Source: the human T2T-CHM13v2.0 reference genome, Homo sapiens. Taken from it: DNA of 64,000 bases. Numbering within the stretch: the first letter of the stretch is position 1; each line of letters begins with the position of its first letter. The notes beneath the pieces were generated by a model. It did not search any database, was not told where the DNA came from, and was given only the letters and a program-made list of their open reading frames with translations. The position numbers and the translations under genes were made by a program. This document shows, piece after piece, positions 13,223 to 27,963 of the stretch. The stretch is from the NCBI RefSeq assembly GCF_009914755.1, contig NC_060942.1; one strand, written 5' to 3'.

Positions 13223-15949
13223 GTACTTAATATGTACTTAGTTCTTTGGTAATTTTTATTCTAATTATCAGCTTAGAAGGCTTTTCAGTGTATTTGTGGA
13301 GGGTAATGTTTCTAATATTAGTGTATTTTCAGATATCGTTCTCTGATCATTTTAGCTTTATTTTCTTGGTTGGGTGTTAATACATTTTTGAACAATAATT
13401 TTTAAATATCATTTTGTATTATTTTTTGATGAGATTTGATTTTTGGCAATCTTGTTGCCTTACTAGCTAAGACCCTTTTAATATATATGATGTACTCATT
13501 TTATAATTAAAAAAATAGCTTAACTTTCCAAGCTTGATTTTGCTTTGGTTTTGATGTCTTCGATTTACTGAAGGCTCCAGACGTGGAACCTTAACATCCT
13601 CAGAGAGCAACTTCTATGTTGCTTTATAGTGAGTGACACTGCAGTTCAAATAAATGTGGATTGGGGCTTCTCACCTGGCTCTAGTGGCTAAGGATTTCAT
13701 TTCTTTTTGATACCCACATGTAAATAAGCTCAGCAAACTGAAATTCAAAAAACATTTATTTGCTGCATCTTTGTTTAATTATCTTTTTTTCAGTGATGGT
13801 TCTGTTCTGGATAAATGGTGCTAAACCTGTATAGCATCATTTAAAATTACTTTGGAAAGTTTCAACAGTTCTTGTATGAAGAAATAGACTTTAAATAAAT
13901 CAATCTCATAATTATCATTCAGGGTATTATTTAGGATTATTGTTTAGCCTTTTACATTACTGATTTTCCTTAAAGGGCTATCTGATGTACTCTTTTCAGC
14001 TACATCTGTTTGCCATACCACAGCTTGTAATTGCTTTACATTTGAAGAATATAGTGAGTGACTTTATTATTAATCAGTAGCAAATTTGTCTTAGTATTCT
14101 TAACCTTAGGATGGCCTTAACTTATGAATAAATGATTTAGATGGTAATACTCTCACTTAAGTTAGAGACTTATGCAGTAACATTAAAAAAAATTGTACTC
14201 AAGATTTTGCATTTCAAAACTAATTTTTCAGAAGTAGTGAATATAATTATGCTCATGAAATAATTAGAAGTCAACAGAATATCTGAATTGTATCTTCCTA
14301 TGGAAGATGGTAAGGATTATCATCTTCCCCCAGTTTTATTATCTTTTCTTAATACAGAATCCCAGGCTATTGAGCATCTTATTTTCTTGAACCCTCAGGC
14401 TTATGAAGAGCAGAGCCAAATGGAGAAAGAATTCTTCCATCAGAACATCCCCAAGCAGTTTTTGAATTTGTAAATAAATGTGGCCTGGAAAATCCAGGCA
14501 TCTAAAGATAATGCTGGGTTTCAATTAAACCGGTCAGTTTTTCAAATAGTTGTTATAATGTGTGTGTTTATTTTTTTGGTTGTATCTATGAGACTTTGTT
14601 TCACACAAAAACTGATAAACACAGGAAAAGTGTCAAGAGGCAAAGGAGAAAAGAAGATGAGAGAGAGAGATAAAACCAACAGAAATGGAGGTTGGATATA
14701 GTAATTGCCCTAGTGAGAAATTTGCATGGGAGAAAAGTTGACAATAAGGACAGCCTATGATATGGTGACACAAGAGAATAGTTATTAGTGAGTTCAGAGA
14801 AAAGTTTCCAAGTAGCCACCTCTGTCTTACTATAATATTCCCAAGGCATCAGTGAGACAGGCTAAAACCACAAGGACTAGTTCAGCAGTATAGAGGAAAA
14901 TGGGGTGAGAGGAGGCTTTAATATGATAGTGAGCTTAATCATTTAGAGATGTCACAACATTTAGAAGTATATTCTTTGTATAACGTTATATAGTAGCTTG
15001 GCATGGCAGAGAAGTAATTTGATGTATTGCTAAGGCAGCTTTTTCCCCCACTTATTAAATTTAAAAAAATTATATGGAAAGCCCTATTGGTAAATCTTTA
15101 GTTAATTACAAATTGATGTCTCAAATATGATTTATCTCAATGAAATAAGAAGCCAATAGTATTTTGGAAACTGAACTATTTATCACACAGGTTTATCAAA
15201 TGATCCAAAATATGTAACTGTTTTAGAATTATGAAGTTCTATGAAAATATAAAGATGATAAAATATTTTCTTGGCCTGAAAAAATTTACAGCATAAAAAG
15301 TGGATGTGAAGACATATTTGATATATATCTTTCAAATGTTATCTTTTATTTCAGATGTTATCTTCTATTTGAAGATTTTTGTTGTTTTGCCTTTAGAGTC
15401 CTCATTCAGATTTCTGTTGCCTGAAAAGTAACTAGCTTTCTGGTTTTTGAAAAGATAATATGCTTTTTGAAGCAAAAAGTTTTTTTGATTATTTGAGGAG
15501 CATCCCTTTTAATTTTCTGAAGCAGTTGTAAGGATGTTTGTTGCTAAAAATAAGTCAGCTAGGAATTGCTAAAGAGTCTTAGCATCATGTGTTCTGACAA
15601 GGCATAGAAGAGATCTCAAGGAAAATAATGCAGAAATCAAGCTGAGAAGGCTCTGATTAGATGGAACCAACTTGAGAATGTTTTATGAAACTATATCAGG
15701 ATCAATCTTCCTTGCACAGATAACAGGAAAGGCCAAAGTGACAGTATTCAAAAAAAGATATATGTTTATTTCTTATTCATATAAAACTCATCTGCTGCCA
15801 GCAATTTTAGGCTGGTATAGTGACTCCACAGATTATAGGGAGCCACACTTTTTTAAAGTCTTGGCATTTCAAGCTTCACCATGATTTGCAATTCTAGTCA
15901 GCAGAACAGAGTCTGTTAATTTTGGAAAGTTTGTTCTAACTTTGATTTT

Positions 15950-16400
15950 AATTTTGTTTTTCCATTGTTGAACTTAAAAACACAATTAAGTTTTGTATGT
16001 TGATTTTATATCTTTTGACCTTGCTAAATTCTCACTTATTAATTCTAATAGTTGCTTTACACATTTCTTAGGATTTTATTTGCAGTCGTGTCATCTGCAA
16101 ATGAAAATAATTTTAGTTCTTTTAAATCTTTATGCCCTTTATTTGTTTTTCTTGCCTTCTTGCAACACCTCCAATTAGGTATTAACTGGAAGTGATGAGA
16201 AGAGAACATCTTCATCTTGTTCTGTATCTCAGGAAGAAATACATATTTCATCTTTAAGTTTGATGTCACCTGTGGGTTTTTGGGTTTTGGTAGATGCCTT
16301 TTATATCCCATTGAATAATTTCTCTTTTACTCTTAGTTTGCCAAGAATTTTTGTTCTTGTTTTTTGCTTTTACTAATCATGAATGGACACTGATTATTTA
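15950..16400 (-). mobile_element. L1M ORF2 fragment
   Basis: gaccttgctaaattctcacttattaattcta..tgtcatctgcaaat motifs. Confidence 0.8.
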
Positions 16401-16404
16401 TAGC

Positions 16405-16550
16405 ACTTGACTTTTAGTATATGTTTATTGTCTGTTTCCTTCATAAGGCATTATTTCTGTCTTGTACACTATTGTATACTGAGATTCTAATACACTACCT
16501 TATGCTCAGTATGTAGTCAGTAAATAAATACATGTTACGTGAATGAATTA
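16405..16550 (+). mobile_element. L2 3' end
   Basis: tctgtcttgtacact..gtagtcagtaaataaatacatgtt..gaatgaat terminus. Confidence 0.6.
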
Positions 16551-16634
16551 TTAAATCAGAGTTGCTTGATCAGAAAAGATCTGACTCAAGAGAAAACTTG
16601 CCCGTTAGTGCTGAATCTGCATAATCTGACACTC

Positions 16635-16669
16635 TACTGCCACCTGGTGATAGTATATCTAAATTGCAA
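16635..16669 (-). promoter_or_regulatory. Candidate CTCF site (core + upstream module), reverse orientation
   Basis: Minus strand reads TGCAA-N13-TCACCAGGTGGCAGTA. Confidence 0.6.
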
Positions 16670-19600
16670 TAAAAGCTTCTCAGGAGGTGAATAAGCATGT
16701 GAGCTAAAACTGCAAATGATTGGACTGACGTGGCAATTATAATTTAAAAATATACATATACTCATGATATGTATCTGGACTGCATTTGAGATTTAGCACA
16801 TATATTTCACATTTAAAAGATGCTGAAATGTTTTCTGTTTTCCTGACTGCTAGGAAAGAATGAAGTGGATCAGTTAAATTACATATGTTAAAGAAATAGA
16901 ATAAATTGGGAAAGTTGGCAGAAGTAGAGTAAGAGCAAAGGCACATTTTCTATATTTGAATTCCTGCTCTGTAAGCATTTTCTTGCTGTAAGGTGCTAGC
17001 TAAATTTTAATTTTAAAGAACAAGAATTTTTAACTTCTTAATATCTTGTATTAATATTTAATATATTGCAAGAAAATCCAGCTTGTGGCCAAGAATGAAA
17101 TTTAATGCTTGTTCTTAAAAATTAAATCCTTTAGTTACACAGAATTCACTGAGATTTAAGTGTAGAATACAATGGGATTTCTGTTATATTAGACAGTTTC
17201 TTGGAATGAAATTATCTATCATCTACACTGTTATGATTACCACTATATACTTTCATTTCTTAGCCTCTCTCCGAAAAAACAAACCATGTGCCAAATATAT
17301 GTTAGTAAAAGTTTTTAGAGATGCAATTCAAATATTAAAATTTTCTTATTGGTGTTAAAATGGTCAATCTTGTAAAATGTTGATAATTTTACATAAAGGT
17401 TAGCCCTTCTCATGATCAAAATACCCTGAGATGATAGTGTTGGAAGTACTGTTTTAGTAATAAAGATTATCATGTGGGTAAGTTCCCTACAAGGCCCATG
17501 ATGGTAATGCCCCTAGATTTTGTCTTCAAAGAAAACTGCTGAGAGGCAATAATTTTTTTTGTATGTGTCCCATTTTCATTAATGCATGGTAATTGATGGA
17601 GTTGCAGTGACTTGTAGCAGTAATGAGTTCTAAACATAATAATGCACTCTTTTCTAATAAGTGAGCACTGCTGGGGTTTAAGAGCATACTAAATCAGTTG
17701 CTTTAGTATGAATTTATTAGTTTTTTTCAGCATTAGTTTTAATAGTAGTTATTTACATAAGCGTACATCCCATTAACCGCCATCAGGGCTGGAAAACATG
17801 CTGAACTGTTCATATTTTCATATAATTATTGAACATAATGGTTTCATTTGCATTTCTAAACAGTGATGTTTCTGTCAGCCTTGGAAATAGTGTCTTTACG
17901 CAGTCCCTATTTCACATCCACTTATTTGACATCGTTAAATTTTATGCTAATGTGCTTCCCTAGAATATCATCAGTAGGACAGATGCTTGTGCTTTAATAT
18001 ACAAATCAGGGATGCTTTTCCATCCCCTAAATGGCAAAGGAAATTTTAAAAAATCCACACTTTTAGATACAGAGCCTGTCTCTATATAAATGGGTTTATG
18101 AAATAAAACTTCCACGGTTAAATGTTATAATCTGGTTGTCTCTTCAAAATGCTTCATTATGAATAACTATATACCTGACTAGGTTTGGTTTTGTTGTCTT
18201 GAATGAAGAGGTGAATCTTGATAAATATCATGTTCCTTATGAATATTTAGAGTTCTGCTTCTGAAATGTTGATCTTGAGATGCGAGTTTTTCAGTGGCTT
18301 TGAATATGTCGGGCCACAGTGTTAGTTCTTAAAGTATTCTCTATATTTTTGTTTCTTTAGTCACTTAACCCTGATTGTAATACCTTATGGTGGAAGCTGT
18401 TATGTTAATGTTCTTGGGCATCTTAGCTTTTTGTTTACATTTAAAAAATGTGTATTGTAAAATTATGAGTCACTTGGTGGGGGAGGCATGTCAAATGTGA
18501 CAGCAGAACTAATGTGGAAGGATAGATTTATGGCAAAACTCTCTGCCTTTTGGAGCACTATCAGCTTGTCCATGTGCACTATTAGCTTTTGTTTCTCCAA
18601 CACTTGTGGATGCTTTTGTGAATGCTGTCAGTCAGATGTCTGGAAAATTTTAAACAAGAACCACCAACTAAAGAATTGTTTTGAGAGTTGATTCAGATCT
18701 TTTTGGCAGTGAGACAGTGAACATGAAGTCACTGCCAGTTTTTGGTCTTTGTGGACCTTTTCCTTTCTTGTGTCTGACAGCTCAGGGCGGCATTTTACTA
18801 TTGACTCTTAATGGACCTGCAGTGCTATAGCTGAGTCTGCACAGTTCAAAATGCAAGGTTGGCAGTCTAGAAAGATTGGGTAAAGAAGCAGCTTTGAGAG
18901 GAGTTCCTGCCCCAAATTACTTGCTAAAAATATATTAGAACTGATATAGCATAAAACTGATACAGCATAAAAGGATTATTTGGATAGAAGTGTTATTTGG
19001 CTTAACAGGTCAGGAGGCAACATAATTTTTGCAGTGACTTCTGTTTCTTGAGGAGTTGCCAGGAAAGAAATATGATAAGGATTTTGAAGAAACTACTATA
19101 GAGGTGGAGTTTCATAGCTGTTTATTTTTATTCCAGATTTTTCATTTTTTTCTCTATAATCTCTTAAAATGGTCTGAGATTAGCACTTTTCACAGTTGTT
19201 GAATCTTCTGAACTATCATGTTGGAAACATTGGATGTGCTCTTCTATCTAGGGAAAAATGTAGCCTTCATTTTTGCCACATGTGTTGCCAGACCGGACAT
19301 CATATGAAAGTTGCAAAAAAAAAAATTCTGAAAATCCAGCCTCACTTAGAAGTGAGGCAATATTTTCATCTCTTTATAAAGCTATTTGTGATTGCGTTCT
19401 TCACCAACAATTTTTTTTTTGCTGGAGGGGTGGTGGTAGGGGCAGTTTGCCACAAAGCTGAAGAAACACATTCTGTCACCAAAAAATACCATTTACATTT
19501 TTTCTCCCTTTACAGATTTCTTCTTTTTCTGGAAAAAAGTTTAACATTTAAATGAAAATTTCATTTGCCTTTTTAGTATTAACGTGCCGTGATATTTAGT

Positions 19601-20744
19601 CTAACAACTTGTCCCTGAATATCTCTGTTGCTGTAACACTTTACCAGCTTCAAGACAGCAAAGGAGGTGTGTTTTAAGTGCTATGCCACTGGTTTTCAAT
19701 CCTTGACCTCAGAGGAAAAAATAATTCTACATTATGTTTTATGACAGCTTCTCTGTATGTTTTTTGTAAAGTTAAATATTCTAGACAAAGTCAGGTATTA
19801 TCCATAAGATATCAAACAATTGGGAGAACTTTACCTGCTTGGTTATATTTATTTCCTCTTTTATAACCAGGGAAACACAATTACCACCTCTTTTTTAGAG
19901 ATGATGAAAGTGCTTAGAAATAAAGCTCCAGCACCCTTAAATGCCTGAGCTCCACCTATTCTACAAGGCTGTGGGGACTCTTTGGCATCCTCTGTGTTGC
20001 ATCTTTTCACTGAAACTTTAATTTGAATATTTGATTTTTCACCAAATGTATTTTCTTTATTTTTTCCATTGTTAGGATAATTACCCTTAGAATTCTGTAG
20101 CTTCTGGAGATATTTACAAATATATATCTGTTAATCTTTCCTTAACTCTATGCCTAGTGCTAGTATTTAAGGACATGGGAGCTTAGGGGCTACTTAATAA
20201 TTAATGCCTTATTCAATTAAAAAATTTTAACCTGTGTTTTCCTGACTTTAAAAAAATACATGTTTATCATGGAATATTTTAGAATAATATAGAATATTGC
20301 TTCATTCCCAAATCATCAGTGTGTGTGGTATATTCATGTTTTTCATTTAATCATCACTGTAACAGCTAGATGAATAACAGTAGGTCTCATTTGACATTAC
20401 AGTGAAAGTTGAAGTTTTCAGATCTCTTGCCTTGAATTTTGTACCAATTTTATTTTATTAAAGGCAGAATATTAAATATCTGTTTAAAATACAATGGAAA
20501 AAATCAGCCAAGAGAAATTTAATGCCATGTATTTAAAATAATTCTTGCCAGTTCAATTGCGAAAGTTCTCTGCTCAGTTTTGTGGTTAAATGATTAGGTC
20601 TTTCCAGTGGGGAAGGGAAGAAGGACTGAAAAGAAAGGGAAATGTAAAATTGAGGTGACTTTAGGGGAAATGTTGGGAATAGAAAATTTCCATGGAGTTC
20701 ATTTAGTGCTTCAAACACCTGTGCTCTGCTAAGGCAGGTAGAGA

Positions 20745-20927
20745 ACTCTGTATTGTGTGCAAATCACTGACCTCGCTAAAATTCCAGTTTCTTCTCTGCA
20801 AAATGAGGAGTAAATAATAGTATTCATTCCAGCAGGTTTACTGTGGAGACTAAATGAAAGAATGAGTATTAAATGCTTTGTACCATGACTAAGCACATTA
20901 GAATCATTCAAAAAGTGTTATTTATTT
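20745..20927 (+). mobile_element. MIR SINE
   Basis: cagtttcttctctgcaaaatgagg..taatagta..gagactaaatga..aaatgcttt. Confidence 0.75.
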
Positions 20928-21004
20928 TCTGTCATTGACTCTCCAGAGGTGTGCAAAGCTAAAGTGACCCTGGCATCTTTACTCTTTTTCCTCCCATCTT
21001 CTAG

Positions 21005-21170
21005 TTCCTTGCTATTACAAGCATAGTCTATGGGTTTGCAATGTCAGCATCACCAACAATATGGGGAGCTTGTTAGAAATACAGATGCTTAGGCCTCATG
21101 CCAGACTTCACTTTTTCAGAATCTGTGTTTTAATAAGATCCCCAGGTGATCTGTACATTGAAGCATTGTT
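21005..21170. mobile_element. MER5A hAT-Charlie element
   Basis: cagcatcacc..gagcttgttagaaatacaga..cagaatctgtgttttaataagatccccaggtgat. Confidence 0.8.
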
Positions 21171-21409
21171 TGTACTCATTTCTTGGAAAAAACAATGTAA
21201 AAGACATGGGCAGTAGAGAAATATATCCTTTTGCTTTTGCTTTCTTTTCTAAGATCTCACAAATTTGTAGCTTTGGATGATGATGGGATGTGGAGTCTAT
21301 TCTATTAACATGTATATTGCTGCTATTATTACCGTTATTATCATAGCATTATATTTGCTGCTATATTAACATAGCATAATATTAATGGAAGTGGATTATC
21401 CTGAAATTG

Positions 21410-22780
21410 TCAGAAGTGTGGTTCAAAGCTTCTATATGCATATTGATTTTCACCTACTTGTTGTATCAGTTATTGAGAAAGGGGTATTAATATCTCTGAG
21501 TGTAATATATTTGTGGATTTATCTATTTCTCTTCACAGTTTTGTCTTCTTATATTTTGAAATTCCATTTTTAGATGCACAAAGTTTGAGATTATTATCTT
21601 CTCCTAATGAATTCACCCCTTTATCATTATGAAATTACCTTGTTTATTCCTGGTAATATTCTTTGCCCTAAAATCTACATTACCTAAAGTTTATTGACCT
21701 ACTCTAGCTTCTGATCAGTGTTATTATAGTGTATCTTTTTATATGCTATAACTTTTAAACTAATTGTGCCTTTGTATTTAATGTGCATTTTTTATAGCCA
21801 GATCATACATGGTTCTTGCTTTTTATTCCAATCTGACATCTATACTTTTAATTTGGATATTTAGAACACTTACATTTTATTTGATTCTTGATACAGTTAG
21901 GTTTGAGTTTGTTTTAGTTTGTTCCATTTGACCTTTGTTCCTCTTTTCCTTTTTTTCTGTGTTTTTTTGGATCAATTGAATATTTAAAATTTTCTATTTT
22001 ATCTCTTTTGTTGGCTTATTAGCTATGGCTCTGTTCTGTATTTAGTGGTTGCTGTAAGGCGTATCTATACACCTTTAACAAATCAATTAACCTTCCAGTG
22101 ATGGCTTATACTACTTTAGCTACTTTATGATAGTATAATACTATTTTTCTCTTTCTGATCATTGTGCTATTATCAAGATACATTTTAATTTTATACCCGT
22201 ATTTTTATTTTTGTTAAATAATTATCTTGTAAGGAGATATTTATTTATTTATTTATTTATTTATTTATTGAGACGGAGTCTTGCTCTGTTGACCAGGCTG
22301 GAGTGCAGTGGCATGATCTTGGCTCACTGCAACCTCCGCCTCCCGGATTCAAGTGATTTTCCTGCTTCAGCCTCCCAAATAGCTGGGACTAGAGGCATAC
22401 ACCACCATGGCATGGCTAAGTTTTATGTTTTTAGTAGAGATGAGTTTCATCGTGTTGGCCAGGCTGGTCTTGAATTCCTGACCTCAAGTGATTTGCCTGC
22501 TTCGGTCTCCTGAAGTGCTGGGATTACAGGCGTGACCCACCATGCCTGGCCTTGTAAGGATATTTAAATAAGGAAAATAAATTTACTTCCTGTGCTCTGC
22601 ATGACTTTGTATAGTCCACATTTTTGTTATTCCTTCTGTCTGGCAGACTTTCATTAATAGTTATTGTAGCTATGAATTCATTGCTTTTGAATTTACAAAA
22701 ACGTCTTTATTTTGCAAGTTGTACTTTTCTGTTCAATTTTTAAAAAAATGTTGCTCCACTGTCATTATACTGTCATTTCT
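21410..22780 (-). mobile_element. Old L1M fragment(s), interrupted by an Alu
   Basis: tcagttattgagaaaggggtatt..gtggatttatctatttctc and related T-rich L1 motifs. Confidence 0.7.
22240..22550 (-). mobile_element. Alu (AluSx/Sz-like) with (TTTA)n tail
   Basis: Alu consensus; TSD core CTTGTAAGGA at 22226-22235 and 22551-22560. Confidence 0.95.
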
Positions 22781-23009
22781 ACCAATGAACTGAGTTACCC
22801 TTTGTTCTACTGACCACCTTCCTTTTTGCCTCCAGATACAGCCCATCCACTGTCTTCCATATCTGGAAATTATTGGGCAACATCTCATAGTGCTGACAAG
22901 TGCTCACATTATCATGATGGCAGATGGAGATTGATGACCAGAGTGTTAAGTTGGCAGCTAAACATGAGCTCAGATTGATGTCTTCAATGCCAATTAATTT
23001 AGACATGGA

Positions 23010-25170
23010 TTATTTTAGCTTTCTTGCCTTTCTTGTCTGTAACTTCTCATTCAGTGAGAACCCTGCCTCCCAACTTCTGCCATCTATTTAATTGCTCAGT
23101 GCCAGTATAGGTTTATAGTGATTTTAGAATTATTAACTCATATTTCCATGGGAAACAACTTATAAACTACAGTGCTAATGTATACTTCCTTCTACCTTTA
23201 GTCTTACTATCACCATTCACTTTTTAAAGTTAACTTAGGTCAACAGCTTTCCTCCCCTCTTTCAATGAGGTTATTACATACATTTGTAATATAGCTAGTA
23301 GTTTGTATTCCACCTTAGAATCCTCCAATCTCCTAAATGATTTTTAAAATATTTTCCTACACTAAGATTCACTTTTTTGCAGCAAAATTGTGTTTTAACA
23401 AATACAAAGTGTTATGTATTCACCATACAGTATCATACAGAACTAATCTACCACCTTACAATATATTCTATGCTTCACCTATTTAACTCTGCCTTCTCCC
23501 CAAGCCTCAGTCAACTTCTGATTTATTTGGAATCTGTATAGTTTTTGCCTTTTGCAGAATGCTATATAAGTGGAATCATGCAGTATTTAGCCTTTTCAGA
23601 CTGGCTTTTTAAACTTAGCAATATGCATTTAAAATTCGTCTATATTTTTTCATTGCCTAATATTTCATTTGTTTTTAAGAGTGAATAATAGTCCATTATA
23701 TGGATATACCATAGTTTGCTATTCTACTTTTATTAATTTTTAATTTTTGTGGTACATTAGTAGATATATATATTTATGGGGTACATGAGATATTTTGATA
23801 TAAGCATGCAGTGTGTAATAATAATGCACTCATTTATTAAAGCACATCTTGGTTGCTTTTGGCTTTTGGTAATTATGAAAGAGCTACTGTAAACATTCAT
23901 GTGCAAGTTTTTGTGTGGACATAAGTTTTCCAATCAGTTAGGTAAATACCTAGGAGCATGATAGCAGAAGTGTGTGGTAACACTGTGTTTAGCTTTGTAA
24001 GATGCTGTAAAATTTTGATTGAGATTGTGTTGAATATATATATCAATTAGGGAGAATTGGATTTAATATTGAACTTTGCAATTCATGAATGTGGTACATC
24101 TCTCAAGTTATTTAGATGTAAGAAGTTTCTTCTGTGAGTGTTTTGTAGTTTTCTGCTTGCAGACCGTACATCTGTTGTCATATTTTATCTACTTTTCTTT
24201 GTATTTTTTGAAGATTTCAGACCCCAAATTTTCATTCCTGGTATAAAGGAATAAAGTTGACTTTTCTATGTTGATCTTGTGTCCAATGACTGCTAAAGTC
24301 ACTTTTTAGTTTTATGAGGTTTTTTTTGTAGATTCTTTGCAGTTTTTATGTGAGCAATTGTGTTATCTGTAAATAAGGACAGTTTCATCTTTTCCTTTCT
24401 AATCTGTATGCTTTTTATTTCTTTTTCTTGCCTTGTTGCACTAACTAGAATTTCCAGTACAATGTTGAGTAACAGCTGTGGTAAAGGGCATCCTCTTCTT
24501 GTTCTGGATCTTAGTGGAAAAGCAAATTACTCTCTTACCATTAAGTATGATTTTTAGCTATAAGTTTAACATAGATACCTTTATTTAGATTAAGGAAGTT
24601 CTTTTCTATTCCTAGTGTGCTGATACTTTTTGGTTACAAGTGGATGTTGAATTTTCTTGAAAGCTTTTTTTGTGTAAATTGATCTGATCATATAGTTTTG
24701 CTGATGATTAATTTTTGAATATTAACCAGCTTTGCATTTCTGGGCTGAAGCCCACTTGATATTGAAATGTTATCCTTTTATGTGTTACTGGATTTTATTA
24801 GTTAATATATTGTTAAGAATTTTTGCTTAATGAGAGACAGTCATTAGTTTTCTTGGAATGACTTCATCTAGTTTTGTAGCATCATAGTGCTGGCCTGAAG
24901 GAATGAGTTGTGAAGCATTTCCCCCTCTTCAATTTCCTGCAAGAGTTTGTATAGAATGAGTTTAATCTTTTCTCTTAAATTCGTGTTAAAATTTACTAAG
25001 AAACTCTCTGAGCCTGGAGTGAGTTTTTTCCCCTTTCTAATGGAAGCATTTTTAACTACAAATTCGATTTCTTACAGGCCTTGTATGGATTTAATCCATA
25101 TGGAACCACTCAGATTACCCAATTTTTCTTGAGTAAGCTTTGGTAGTTTGTCTTTCAAGGAATTTTTAAA
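23010..25170 (-). mobile_element. L1MC/MD-like 3' region plus ORF2 fragments (small L1MA 3' tip nested at about 23725-23825)
   Basis: gccttttcagactggctt..aacttagcaatatgcattt; tgtggacataagttttc; gaagttcttttctattcctagt. Confidence 0.8.
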
Positions 25171-25484
25171 ATTTTATCATTGTCTTTATTTATATGTCTC
25201 AAGTTGGAGTAATACAGGAATTTAAGAATTAACTGAATTGGCTCGTTAAATTATATCAGTTTTAACTAACTTGCAATAAAAACAGCAAATTTCTTTCTAA
25301 CTTAAAAAAGGAATGCATAAAACTTAGTTGTTTTCTTCTTATGGAGGAGTTGCTGTTTGTCATTTCTTAAGCTTTGTGTCCTATAGTTGACTAGAGGGAG
25401 ACATTGTTCTTAAGACGCTAAAGTAATTTATTTTTATTTATTTTAGCAACTTACAGACAATTCAGCTATCTGGAACATATAAAA

Positions 25485-25779
25485 TTTTTTTTGTTTTCAT
25501 GACTGGGTCTTGCTTTGTCACCTAGACTGGAGTGCAGTGGCACAATCATAGCTCACTGCAACTCTAGCTCACTCGCTCAAGCAATCCTCTTGCCTCAGCC
25601 TCCCAAGTAGATAGGACTACAGTTGCGTGTCACCACACCTGGCTAATTTAAATTTTTTTGTGTGTGGAAAGAAAGGTCTCACTGTGTTGCCCAGGCTGAT
25701 TGAACTTTTGGGCTCAAGCAGTATCCCCTTCGGCCTCTCAACGTGCTGGGATTATGGGTGTGAGCTACCGCACCTGGCC
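25485..25779 (-). mobile_element. AluJ
   Basis: Antisense Alu, J-type diagnostics. Confidence 0.92.
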
Positions 25780-26274
25780 CATGAAGATTTTTAATAGCTA
25801 ATTATTACCATGTTATTGCAAACTAACTTGGGAGACTGTGTGACCAGTGTGAATATATTTATCTAGGATTGCAGAGCAGAATTTGCAGCTGTGTGAATCC
25901 AGAATATATATTACCTATTATTTGTATACAAACATAAAATTGTGAATTATTTACAATAAATTATGTTAATTGAGCAGTTCTCCCCCTTTTTATAATGTAC
26001 AGCATTATGAAATGAACATTATTTATAATTTAAGTTCACAGAAGAATCCCTGTTTTCAAAGCCAAATTGGAGTAAGCTTTCTTATCCTAGGCTTACTTAG
26101 TAGTGCCAGAATTGAATCAGAGTCTATGTGGTACATTTGGTCCCAGTTCTTTTTCTGCTTCCTATATCAAATTTTCCACATGGCTTTGAAGATTCATATA
26201 TTTACCCTTCTGTTGACTTTGAGTATAACTTACTCTGACCAAATAGAATAAAGCTGAAGTGATAGCTAATATGC

Positions 26275-27963
<1,689 letters not shown>

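Noticed and set aside
22779-23006. Possible processed pseudogene fragment (75-aa minus ORF)
   Set aside because: No recognisable protein, no poly-A or TSD; embedded among old L1 fragments
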